Assembly (NCBI GenBank): GCA_963710755.1
Contig: CAVQBK010000003.1
Coordinates: 1,120,001 to 1,184,000, forward strand
Length of the DNA: 64,000 nt
Direction: 5' to 3'
Source of the DNA: an uncultured bacterium
GTDB lineage: Bacteria > Oederibacteriota > JAAXVQ01 > JAUVAV01
Part shown: in pieces, positions 1 through 8,824 of the stretch
How positions within the stretch are numbered: position 1 is the first letter of the stretch
How the letters are laid out: each line of letters opens with the position of its first letter
The notes under the pieces: model-generated
Seen by the model: only the letters and a program-made list of their open reading frames with translations
What the model was told of the DNA's origin: nothing
Database searches by the model: none
Made by a program: the position numbers and the translations under genes

Positions 1-145
1 CCGTAAACAATTGATACCCCTCAGATTTGAGCTGATACTGAATCAGTTTAACCACCGCTTGCTCATCATCGACCACGAGGATTTTTTTTGCGGATTTGGC
101 CTCTTTAATGAGGAGATTACGGGATTGGGAATCATCTAAGGTCAT
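1..145 (-). CDS. Response regulator receiver-domain protein (5' part; runs off window start)
   Basis: Not in ORF track. Manual translation of minus strand from ATG at 145: MTLDDSQSRNLLIKEAKSAKKILVVDDEQAVVKLIQYQLKSEGYQLFT; KILVVDDE is the REC beta1 motif; GGAGG upstream. Confidence 0.88.
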   Translation of the reverse strand, partial: MTLDDSQSRNLLIKEAKSAKKILVVDDEQAVVKLIQYQLKSEGYQLFT

Positions 146-303
146 AACCGCCTGCCTCCGGACTGCACAATATATATGCAGCTTCTGAATTTTCGCTTTT
201 TACATAGTGAAAGTTTCGGAAGCTTTGGTTTAAACTTAAATTGGCCTGTACCCGGCTCAACCCAAAAAATCCCTGACTCAGGGTATAACAAATGGGACGA
301 GGA

Positions 304-492
304 TTATGGGGTAACGTCAGCATTGACGTCAAGCTCCCAGGTGGCATCGATGGTCATGTTGCTTGTGTCCATTTGATCCAAACTGGGATCGGTGGGTGAC
401 CAACGTTGTTGGCTGCATCCCATGAGAATAGTGCCCAACGTGAAAATCAACAATAATGCAAACCATAATTTTCCAATCATTTTCCAGTCCAT
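304..492 (-). CDS. Small lipoprotein (62 aa)
   Basis: Basic N-terminus, hydrophobic core, lipobox LMGC; GGAGG 6 nt upstream of ATG. Confidence 0.65.
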   Translation of the reverse strand: MDWKMIGKLWFALLLIFTLGTILMGCSQQRWSPTDPSLDQMDTSNMTIDATWELDVNADVTP

Positions 493-666
493 GTGGAACC
501 TCCTTGGGGGGGTGAGGTTAATATAAATTAGTACAAGCTGATCTTTGTCCGGTTTTGACTTATGGCCTGCTGATCCAGTAGGGCGGATTAGCGCATCCTG
601 CTTTAAGAAAACTTAGTCTTATAGATTAATGCATTCTCAGAATTCCCCGGGGCTTGCCGCAGGGTA

Positions 667-760
667 ATTTAATTTTGAGAGCACATACCTGATCCGTGGA
701 GCTACGCGCCGGGGGGGATGGACTGAGCTCGGGAAAAGGTATGTGCTCACAAAATGAAAT
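667..760. repeat. Long inverted repeat / hairpin (candidate sRNA or 5' leader)
   Basis: ATTTTGAGAGCACATACCT (672-690) pairs with AGGTATGTGCTCACAAAAT (737-755), 18/19; inner GAGCT/AGCTC stem. Confidence 0.75.
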
Positions 761-799
761 ATCTGGTGTGGACAAGGCGTCGCTACGCTAGTACCTAAT

Positions 800-816
800 A
801 GCATATGCCGTACCAA
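800..816 (-). promoter_or_regulatory. sigma54-type -24/-12 promoter (leftward)
   Basis: Minus strand TTGGTACGGCATATGCT = GG-N10-GC, close to TGGCAC-N5-TTGC. Confidence 0.6.
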
Positions 817-1162
817 TTATTGGCCGGCCGGCCGGTGAAATTTAAGGGCTGAAATAAAAAGGATTCCTGTAAAAATTAAAGCTTCCCCAAAAGCTGTCCT
901 CAAACGTGAGTATGCAATTCCCTAAAATGGATCCTGAGATAACCATAGTGGGCCTCTGGCAGCCAATAGCATAATTTCCTTAATAAAGGCCTATATATGG
1001 AATGGATTCTATAGACCTGTGAAAAACCCATATTCTTTTATCCTTGACAACCAGGGGCATTATGGTGAAGATTAATTTTTAAAATTGGATTTTACTAAAA
1101 TACCCTACAATGAATGGCAGGGTATTTTTGAGACGAAAGGAAGAAGATCATTCTATTTTTTG

Positions 1163-1342
1163 GCCCCCGTCCCTGCATATAGAGACTGTGCCCAAACGTT
1201 ATTTTTTGATGGTCATCCCGTTGTGCTCTTCGACGGAATCCAGAAAAGTCTTTAAAATCAAGGCCTCTGGATACCGACTTTCACCGGTATGACAGAAAAA
1301 GCCGGTTGTGACCCAGTCTCTAAATGCGGGGCTGAAGGGGGC
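1163..1342. ncRNA. Candidate ~180-nt structured RNA element upstream of purN
   Basis: Nested pairings GCCCCC/GGGGGC, CCCTGCAT/ATGCGGGG, TAGAGACTG/CAGTCTCTA, GTCAT/ATGAC closing three hairpins (CCGTTG/CGACGG, TCCAGA/TCTGGA, TACCG/CGGTA). Confidence 0.5.
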
Positions 1343-1382
1343 GTATAAACTTATTATGGAAATAAAATCAAGGGGGACGCTC

Positions 1383-2015
1383 GTGCAAAAGAAAATCGCG
1401 GTGCTGGCATCAGGCGGAGGGAGCAACCTGCAAGCCCTCATCGATGCCTGGCGGGCCGGTCAATTGGAGCATGCACAAATCCTCACCGTGATCAGCGATA
1501 GGCAAGAAGCCAAAGCCTTGGAAAGAGCCAAAAACAGTGAGATTGATGCGCGTTTTCTCGATCCCAAAATCTATAAAAACAGGGAAGCCTTTGATCAGGC
1601 TCTGGTAAAAATTTTGATGTCCTCCCAAATTGACTTGGTTTGTTTAGCCGGCTACATGCGCATCTTATCGGCCAACGTGGTCCGGCATTTTCCCAATAAA
1701 ATCATGAACATTCATCCTTCCTTGCTGCCCTCTTTTGGAGGCGAAGGCATGTACGGTCATTTTGTTCATGAAGCGGTCTTACGATCAGGCGTCAAATATT
1801 CAGGTTGTACGGTGCACTTTGTGGATGAAGGCACGGATACAGGCCCGATCATCTTGCAAGCCGTGGTGCCGGTGCTGGATCATGATACCCCGGAGAGCCT
1901 GGCCGAGCGGGTGCTCATTGAAGAGCATCGGTTATTCCCGAGGGCCGTGGCCTTATATTGTGAAGGCCGACTGCAACTCAAAGGGCAAAGGGTATTCATC
2001 AGCGAACGCGCCTAA
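1383..2015 (+). CDS. purN: Phosphoribosylglycinamide formyltransferase
   Basis: IAVLASGGGSNLQA, LAGYMRIL, NIHPSLLP, GCTVHFVDEGTDTGPII; start moved to GTG 1383 after AGGGGG. Confidence 0.97.
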   Translation: MQKKIAVLASGGGSNLQALIDAWRAGQLEHAQILTVISDRQEAKALERAKNSEIDARFLDPKIYKNREAFDQALVKILMSSQIDLVCLAGYMRILSANVVRHFPNKIMNIHPSLLPSFGGEGMYGHFVHEAVLRSGVKYSGCTVHFVDEGTDTGPIILQAVVPVLDHDTPESLAERVLIEEHRLFPRAVALYCEGRLQLKGQRVFISERA

Positions 2016-2176
2016 TCTGCATTGAAGCTGCTTGGCATTAATAACAGGTCGGGCTATAAAGGGACTAGGTCTGAGCCAGCCAAAAGTAAACGCCACCCAC
2101 TGTTAGGAATCATTAAGCAACATGGGATCATTTCAGCGGCACCCACCGCGGTATTCTTAAGAAAGGACTGTCTATT

Positions 2177-3754
2177 ATGGTTAAAATTAAACGAGCTTTG
2201 ATCAGTGTGAGCGATAAAACGGGAATTGTGGAACTGGCCCAAAGCCTGGTAGCTCAGGGCGTGGAGATTTTATCCACCGGAGGAACAGCCAAAGCCTTGA
2301 AGGACGCAGGCCTGGCCGTTAAAGATGTTTCGGAGGTCACCGGTTTTCCGGAAATGATGGATGGCCGGGTTAAGACCCTGCACCCGAAGATTCATGGTGG
2401 CCTCCTGGCCTTGCGCGATAATCCTGACCATATGCATCAGCTTGAAACCCAAGGCATCACCCCAATTGACATGGTGGTGGTCAACCTCTATCCCTTTGCC
2501 AAGACTGTGGCCAAACCGGGAGTGGCCTTGGAGGAAGCCATTGAAAATATCGATATTGGCGGACCTTCCATGATCCGGTCAGCGGCTAAGAATTTTAAAA
2601 GCGTGGCAGTGGTCGTCAATCCGCAACGATATGCTGCGTTGCGGGAGGAATTGGAACAAGGTCAAGGGCAGTTGGGTGATGAGACCCTCGCGGCCTTGGC
2701 GGTGGAGGCTTTTGACCACACGGCCGGCTATGATACCGCCATCCATCGCTATCTGCAGGCTCATCTCCTGCAGGAAAAGGATCCCATGTTCCCTGAGACC
2801 ATACGCATGACCTTTATGAAGCAGCAACCGTTGCGTTATGGTGAAAATCCCCATCAACAAGCTTGTTACTACCGGCAGGACGAAGGCTCTTCGGAAATTT
2901 CCGTTACCAATGCCAAACAGTTGCACGGCAAAGAGCTGTCGTTCAATAACATTGTGGACATTAATGCCGCCTTGGAAATTGTCAAAGAATTCACGGAACC
3001 GGCCGCTTGTGTCATTAAACATACCAACCCCTGCGGGGCCGCCATGGCGGCTACGATTACCGATGCCTATAACAAGGCATTTGACGCGGATCCTGTCAGC
3101 GCCTTTGGAGGTATTGTTGGATTAAACCGCTCCTGTACCCTGGGTATTGCCGAAAAAATGAAAGATGTATTTTTGGAATGCGTGATTGCCCCTGCCTTTG
3201 ATGACGAGGCTTTGGCGCTGTTGCAGGCCAAGAAGAATATCCGCTTGCTGGTTACCGGTTCCTGGGCTCAAGCAGGCACGCCCGACCGCAGCTGGAAGGG
3301 CATGGATTTCAAACGGGTGGTAAATGGGTTGCTTCTGCAGGAACGTGACTTGGGCGGGGTTACATCCGAGCAGTTGAAGGTGGTGACCAAACACCAGCCC
3401 ACGGCGGAGGATGTGGAGGAATTGCTTTTTGCCTGGCGGGTTTGTAAACATGTTAAATCCAACGCCATTTTGCTTTCCAAAAATAAAGTGACTTTGGGTG
3501 TGGGGCCAGGGCAAACCAACCGGGTAGGAGCAGCGGAAATTGCTCTCCAAAGTGCCGGCCAAGAAGCTCGCGGGGCGGTGGTGGCCTCAGATGCCTTTTT
3601 CCCGTTTCGGGACAGCATCGATGTCCTGGCCAAAGCCGGCATCAAGGCTGTGATTCAGCCGGGCGGCTCGGTTCGCGATGAAGAAGTCATTGCGGCCGCC
3701 GATGAACATGGGTTGGTCATGGTATTTACAGGCATGCGTCACTTTAAGCACTAG
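2177..3754 (+). CDS. purH: Bifunctional AICAR transformylase/IMP cyclohydrolase
   Basis: RALISVSDKTG, GRVKTLHPKIHGG, IDIGGPSM, LRYGENPHQ, KHTNPCG, ASDAFFPF, GMRHFKH. Confidence 0.98.
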   Translation: MVKIKRALISVSDKTGIVELAQSLVAQGVEILSTGGTAKALKDAGLAVKDVSEVTGFPEMMDGRVKTLHPKIHGGLLALRDNPDHMHQLETQGITPIDMVVVNLYPFAKTVAKPGVALEEAIENIDIGGPSMIRSAAKNFKSVAVVVNPQRYAALREELEQGQGQLGDETLAALAVEAFDHTAGYDTAIHRYLQAHLLQEKDPMFPETIRMTFMKQQPLRYGENPHQQACYYRQDEGSSEISVTNAKQLHGKELSFNNIVDINAALEIVKEFTEPAACVIKHTNPCGAAMAATITDAYNKAFDADPVSAFGGIVGLNRSCTLGIAEKMKDVFLECVIAPAFDDEALALLQAKKNIRLLVTGSWAQAGTPDRSWKGMDFKRVVNGLLLQERDLGGVTSEQLKVVTKHQPTAEDVEELLFAWRVCKHVKSNAILLSKNKVTLGVGPGQTNRVGAAEIALQSAGQEARGAVVASDAFFPFRDSIDVLAKAGIKAVIQPGGSVRDEEVIAAADEHGLVMVFTGMRHFKH

Positions 3755-3792
3755 GCCTGGAAACGCTTTTAAGAAATTGACAAAGGAGCAGG

Positions 3793-4143
3793 ATGAGACC
3801 AGAAGAACGGCGTTATGAATACCGCATCCCAGCGGAAATTATCATTGATCAATTGGATCATTGTGATCTCAAGCCAGGTAAGTTTCAAGCCAGCATCAGA
3901 GAATTATCCGCTTCGGGTTGCCGTTTGCAATCTTCTTTGGAACTTAAAATCGGGCAGGAATTCGATATAAGCTTCAATTTGGAAGGCGGCCTTAGAATAG
4001 AATGTGCCCGGGTCAGGGTTGTTCGCCGGTTATCCCACCGCACCCATAAAGTGGTGGCCATGGAGTTTATGGATCTTCCCGAAGAAGATCAATACCGGAT
4101 CAGGGAGTTTATCATTTGGAAAGAAGCGCAGGAGGCAGAGTAA
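3793..4143 (+). CDS. Stand-alone PilZ domain protein
   Basis: RRYEYR (RxxxR) and ELSASG (D/NxSxxG variant); stop overlaps purD start (TAATG). Confidence 0.85.
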   Translation: MRPEERRYEYRIPAEIIIDQLDHCDLKPGKFQASIRELSASGCRLQSSLELKIGQEFDISFNLEGGLRIECARVRVVRRLSHRTHKVVAMEFMDLPEEDQYRIREFIIWKEAQEAE

Positions 4144-5420
4144 TGAAAGTACTGATCATTGGCAGCGGTGGCCGTGAATATGGTATGGCCTGGGCGGCCA
4201 AGAATTCCCCCTTGGTGGAGGAAGTGCTGATGGCGCCTGGCAATGCCGGCATGACCAAATTTGGGCGCTGTTTCCCCATCGGCGCTGACGATGACCAAGG
4301 GCTAATGGCTCTGGCTCAAAAAGAAGGCGTGCAACTGGTGCTGGTAGGGCCTGAAGGACCTTTGGTGGCGGGTCTGGTGGATAAACTGCAGGCGGCCGGT
4401 ATTGCTGTGTTCGGTCCTGTGCAAATGGCCGCTCAGCTGGAAGGCAGTAAAGCCTATGCCAAGGCCTTTATGCAAAAATATAATATTCCCACAGCGGCGT
4501 ACGAGGTATTCACGGAGACCGAGGCAGCTTTGCAGGCCCTGGATCGCTTCGGGCTGCCAGTAGTGATTAAGGCTGACGGCCTGGCCGCAGGTAAAGGCGT
4601 TTTCGTGGCCATGACCAGGGAGGAGGCGGTAGGCGCGATCACCTCCATATTGGTGGACAAAAGCTTTGGTGACGCCGGTCAACGGGTTGTGGTAGAAGCC
4701 TATATGGAAGGGGAAGAAGCCAGCATTCTAGCCTTCAGCGACGGCAAGGTGGTGGTACCGCTTATCGCTTCCCAAGATCATAAACGCATTGGTAATGGAG
4801 ACCAGGGACCCAATACCGGTGGTATGGGGGCCTACAGTCCTGCTCCGGTCATTACGGCCCAATTAATGGATGAAATAAAAACCACCATCCTTAACCCTGT
4901 GATCACAGGCATGCAGCAGGAAGGCCACCCTTATCAGGGCATCCTTTACGCTGGTTTGATGATGACCGCTGCTGGTCCCAAGGTGGTCGAATTTAATTGC
5001 CGGTTTGGTGATCCTGAAACCCAAGTCATTCTGCCGCTGTTGACTTGCGATTTAATTGAAATCGCCCTTGCCTGCACCCAAGGACGCCTGCAGCCTGAAA
5101 TGGTCACCTGGAAAGACGAGGCTGCCGTGACCGTGGTGTTGGCTTCGCCCGGTTATCCCGGCCCTTATCCCAAAGGATTGGAAATCACGGGCGTAGAACA
5201 AGCCGAAGCTTTGGACAAAGTGATGGTCTGGCATGCGGGCACAGCATTTGAGAACGGCCATTTAGTCACTAATGGCGGCCGGGTATTAAATGTAATAGCT
5301 ACGGGTGAGGACATTAAGACTGCGGTGGCACGGGTCTATCAGGCCTGTGTCCGGATCCGGTTTGACGGCATGCAGTATCGCACGGACATTGGCCATCGAG
5401 CGTTGGCCAGACTGAGATAA
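4143..5420 (+). CDS. purD: Phosphoribosylamine-glycine ligase
   Basis: MKVLIIGSGGRE, GPEGPL, LEGSK, KADGLAAGKGV, QDHKR, GPNTGGMGAYSP, EFNCRFGDPETQ. Confidence 0.98.
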   Translation: MKVLIIGSGGREYGMAWAAKNSPLVEEVLMAPGNAGMTKFGRCFPIGADDDQGLMALAQKEGVQLVLVGPEGPLVAGLVDKLQAAGIAVFGPVQMAAQLEGSKAYAKAFMQKYNIPTAAYEVFTETEAALQALDRFGLPVVIKADGLAAGKGVFVAMTREEAVGAITSILVDKSFGDAGQRVVVEAYMEGEEASILAFSDGKVVVPLIASQDHKRIGNGDQGPNTGGMGAYSPAPVITAQLMDEIKTTILNPVITGMQQEGHPYQGILYAGLMMTAAGPKVVEFNCRFGDPETQVILPLLTCDLIEIALACTQGRLQPEMVTWKDEAAVTVVLASPGYPGPYPKGLEITGVEQAEALDKVMVWHAGTAFENGHLVTNGGRVLNVIATGEDIKTAVARVYQACVRIRFDGMQYRTDIGHRALARLR

Positions 5421-5430
5421 GGAGCGCGTC

Positions 5431-5967
5431 ATGAACATGAACAGCAAACCGGTATTGGTGGCCATGGTGGTGGGTAGTGATACTGATTTACCGCTCATTC
5501 AAACCAGCACGCAAACGCTGGAACGTTTGGGCGTTACCTATGAAATCACCATTGCTTCACCCCATCGCAGTCCGGAGCGGGTCCGGCATTGGATTCAAAC
5601 CATGGAAACCAAAGGCGTGGAGGTTTATATTGCCGGTGCCGGCGGTGCGGCGCATTTGCCGGGGATGGTGGCTGCTGAAACCGTCAAACCGGTGATTGGT
5701 CTGCCCATGCCCACTTTGTATCTGGGTGGGCAGGATTCGCTGCTTTCGATGGTGCAAATGCCCGCAGGAGTTCCCGTGGCTACCATGGCCGTGGGTAAAG
5801 CGGGAGCCACCAATGCGGCTGTGTTGGCTGCGCAAATTATCGCGCTCAACCATCCTGAAGTAGAGGAACAGTTAATCCGCTTTAAAGAGGAGCTGAGAAT
5901 GAATTTGGAAAAAAAGGCCGAGCAATTGTCAACCCTCGGTATGGATCAATATATTGAGACCATGTAA
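5431..5967 (+). CDS. purE: N5-CAIR mutase
   Basis: GSDTD, SPHRSP, AGGAAHLPG, DSLLSMVQMPAGVPVAT. Confidence 0.96.
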   Translation: MNMNSKPVLVAMVVGSDTDLPLIQTSTQTLERLGVTYEITIASPHRSPERVRHWIQTMETKGVEVYIAGAGGAAHLPGMVAAETVKPVIGLPMPTLYLGGQDSLLSMVQMPAGVPVATMAVGKAGATNAAVLAAQIIALNHPEVEEQLIRFKEELRMNLEKKAEQLSTLGMDQYIETM

Positions 5968-5975
5968 GAGGTGCC

Positions 5976-7241
5976 ATGGGGGCAACTAAGCCAAGAGGAC
6001 AACTGGCCGTCAAAGCCATTGTTTTTGACATGGACGGTACCCTTTATCACCAACCCGCCTTGGAACGGCGTTACCGCGAATCTATTATTCAAACGATCGC
6101 AACGGTAAAAAAGGTGCCCTTTGTCCAAGCCAGGTCTCTCTTTGAGGAACTCTACCAACAAACCAGGCGCCGTCTAAAAAGAGAGCCGTCCAAATTAAGC
6201 CTATTGCAATCCATGGGCATCAGTCATCGCCTCTGGGCCAAAACAGCCGGCCGTCAAGTGGCACCGGAGAGGTGGTTGAAAACGGACCGTAAACTAAAGA
6301 CTGTTTTAGGTCGTCTGCAGCAAGAATTTAAATTGGCGGTGGTCACCAATAATCATGACCATAATACCAAGGTTACCTTAAAGCGATTGGAAATTTTGGA
6401 TTTTTTCGACGCTGTCCAAACGTTGTCAGCCACGGAGTTGCTCAAACCTTCAGCCCGGCGATACCGCATGATCTGCAAAACCCTGGGCGTGCATCCCCGG
6501 GAAGCCTTGTCCGTGGGTGATCGTTTTGATTTGGATTTGGCGCCAGCGGCCAGTATTGGCATGTCCACCCTATTGGTAACGGGTATGCAGGATATTTATC
6601 ATCTTCCGGAAGTTATAACTTCCATTCCGGCGACGCCCTTAAGCCTTGTTCGAGAAATGCCGGGAAAGATATTTACTAAAGCTATGCGCGCCCTAGTAAA
6701 AGAACATCTGGTCATCCTCCCCACAGATACGGTCTACGGCATCGCAGCTTATCCTTCGCCTGCAGCCATCGCCGCCCTTTATCGTGCCAAGGGAAGGGAG
6801 GAGCACAACCCCCTGGTGCTGCTGATCAGTGATGCGCAGCAGGCGGAACGGTTTGCTGTGCTCTCGGTCAAAACCAAAGCCTTGATGGACGCCTACTGGC
6901 CGGGCGCTTTGACCCTGGTACTGCCGGTACGTCCCGGGACCCCCTGGGGACGATTAACCAGAGGTGGCCGCTGGATTGGCCTGCGTTGTCCGGCGCATCC
7001 TGAAACGCGCCAGTTGATCAAGCGTTGCGGCGGCGTCCTGGCCACCAGTTCGGCCAACCGCAGCGGCCAAGCAGCTGCCACCAGCTTTGCCGCTCTGGAC
7101 CGTAAATTGCTGGCGTTTGTGGACTATGCCATCGATGGGGGACCTTCTCAAATGGGTGTCAGTTCTACGATCGTCAAAGTTTCAGGACAAAAGGTTATGA
7201 TCCTGCGTCAAGGTGCACTGGTGATTTCGCGCAAATCTTAG
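5976..7241 (+). CDS. HAD-family hydrolase fused to TsaC/YrdC (Sua5-type) threonylcarbamoyl-AMP synthase domain
   Basis: N-half FDMDGTLY, VVTN, KP, VGDRFDLD; C-half PTDTVYGI, KGR..NPL, WPGALT, SSANRSG, SSTIV. Confidence 0.88.
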   Translation: MGATKPRGQLAVKAIVFDMDGTLYHQPALERRYRESIIQTIATVKKVPFVQARSLFEELYQQTRRRLKREPSKLSLLQSMGISHRLWAKTAGRQVAPERWLKTDRKLKTVLGRLQQEFKLAVVTNNHDHNTKVTLKRLEILDFFDAVQTLSATELLKPSARRYRMICKTLGVHPREALSVGDRFDLDLAPAASIGMSTLLVTGMQDIYHLPEVITSIPATPLSLVREMPGKIFTKAMRALVKEHLVILPTDTVYGIAAYPSPAAIAALYRAKGREEHNPLVLLISDAQQAERFAVLSVKTKALMDAYWPGALTLVLPVRPGTPWGRLTRGGRWIGLRCPAHPETRQLIKRCGGVLATSSANRSGQAAATSFAALDRKLLAFVDYAIDGGPSQMGVSSTIVKVSGQKVMILRQGALVISRKS

Positions 7242-7304
7242 GTGAAAAAACAGCCGGTTATAGACATGCTCAAAATAGAAAAAAAGTAATCCCGATGAGG
7301 ACTC

Positions 7305-7901
7305 ATGAATCAATCCTACCGTCAAGAACAGCACCAGCCGAGCGTGTCGCTTATGCGAACCAACAGGGCGGCGACACTGGAAACCTTAAGGACCCAGACC
7401 AAAGAGGCTTTGTTAAATGTGGCCTATAGATTTTTCCAATCGGACGAGAAAGCGCTGAAGGTGGTGTTGGAAACCTATAAACGATTTTATCAAAAACGTT
7501 TCCGCGGGGTTGCTGGTCATGATCCGCAAATTCAGCTTTGGTCAACTTTCAGTCGCCTATGTTTTAAAAAAGAAGTCCATGATGGCCATGGCCGGCAGGC
7601 ACGTCGCGTACCTAGCCGAAGCCTGACAGGTTTGGACGATAATAAATGTTTTGAAGCCATCGACATACCGGAATCTGACGTTCAGGACCATCCTGTGGAT
7701 GCCAACACATGGGTTAGGAAGGTAATTGCCGAATTAGGCCCGCAAGAAAGAATGGTCCTGATTTTGAATCACTGGGAGAAAAAAGACTCGACGGCAATAG
7801 GGGCGATATTACACCGGCCGGTGGATGAAGTGAAAACCATCTTAACCTGTGCCCGGGCCAAATGTCGCATTAAGTTACAACCGTATCTTATCGGGGTATA
7901 G
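7305..7901 (+). CDS. Divergent ECF sigma factor-like protein
   Basis: Region 2-like LLNVAYRFFQSDEKALKVVLETY and region 4-like LGPQERMVLIL..IGAILHRPVDEVKTILTCAR; followed by anti-sigma gene. Confidence 0.7.
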   Translation: MNQSYRQEQHQPSVSLMRTNRAATLETLRTQTKEALLNVAYRFFQSDEKALKVVLETYKRFYQKRFRGVAGHDPQIQLWSTFSRLCFKKEVHDGHGRQARRVPSRSLTGLDDNKCFEAIDIPESDVQDHPVDANTWVRKVIAELGPQERMVLILNHWEKKDSTAIGAILHRPVDEVKTILTCARAKCRIKLQPYLIGV

Positions 7902-7903
7902 CC

Positions 7904-8164
7904 ATGGATTGCAAATTATGCCGGGAACATATCGGAGATTATCTGGAGAAAAAATTGACTCCGCAAGCCATGCAGGAGTTTGCTCATCACCTGCAGCAAT
8001 GTCCTGATTGTCATCGGGAAGTTGCGCAGACCAAGCAAATGAACAGCCTTTTGGATGCTTGGCAACTTCAAAATTTAGTGGACGCTTTTGACGCCCAATG
8101 GGAAAAGCAACGTCTTCACCTGAACCGTCCTTGGTGGCAGAAACTTTTATCTATCTTCCGGTGA
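7904..8164 (+). CDS. Zinc-finger anti-sigma factor (zf-HC2/ZAS)
   Basis: MDCKLCREHIGDYLEKKL...HLQQCPDC (HxxxCxxC); soluble, 86 aa. Confidence 0.85.
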   Translation: MDCKLCREHIGDYLEKKLTPQAMQEFAHHLQQCPDCHREVAQTKQMNSLLDAWQLQNLVDAFDAQWEKQRLHLNRPWWQKLLSIFR

Positions 8165-8203
8165 TAGTCTGACGTATTTCTTTTTTGAAAAATGAAATTT
8201 CCT

Positions 8204-8234
8204 GCAGCCCCGACGGGATTATTATGAAAGGGAC
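8204..8234 (+). repeat. Degenerate dispersed copy of the 42-bp tRNA-Pro-linked repeat
   Basis: GCAGCCCCGACGGGATTATTATGAAAGGGAC vs array GCAGCCCCGACCGGAATTGATATTATGTGAAAGGGAC (internal deletions). Confidence 0.65.
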
Positions 8235-8295
8235 AGCGTCGCCAGCAAGGCGAAGGGCATTTGGAACCATCACAATTTAATTTTATGGGAAGGTA

Positions 8296-8824
8296 TTAAA
8301 AAGACTCCTGTACAGGATCTAGGTTCAGTTTTTGTGCCAAAGCGCGCAAGACCTCATCCAAGGAGCGAGGATGGTAGCGGAGATTTTGATCGACCATCGG
8401 GTGTCCGGTTTTGGTGCCGAACGGATAAGCCACCACGGCGGCTCTGGCCGTAATGACTTTATAACCTTTAGGCCAGATTAAATTGAAGTAACCGATGGCT
8501 TTGACCCGGTAACGAGCTTCATATAAAAAACCTGTTTTTCTGCTGCCGCTAATTTTTTGCGGCATAGCCAATGGGCCATTGGCCGCGAGCCGTTTTAGTT
8601 GCAGGGAAATGGGGCCAAAAAGGGGCTGCGCCAAAATGGTCGTTGAGATGATTGTAATAACTACCATGCCAGGCTGCCCGCCGGGCCAGGTAATGACCAT
8701 TCATCCAGCCAACTCCCAGCAGGACTAGTTGTATCAGTCCGATCACCACGATATAAAACAAAAAAACAACGGCTGCCAACTCTACCAAGGCTTGACCGGC
8801 CTCTTCATGAAGCAGGTTTTTCAT
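8296..8824 (-). pseudogene. TadE-like pseudopilin, frameshifted (or sequencing indel)
   Basis: ATG 8824: MKNLLHEEAGQALVELAAVVFLFY (G-Q-A-L-V-E prepilin motif) stops at 8549; removing one A from the A6 run (8553-8558) joins it to the 8296-8700 frame (KISGSRKTG...). Confidence 0.65.

Noticed and set aside
1100-2176. Known purine-pathway riboswitches (ZTP/pfl, PRPP ykkC, guanine) before purN or purH
   Set aside because: Hallmark sequences (GACTGGCG..CGCCTGGGCA; CTAGGGTTCC) not found.
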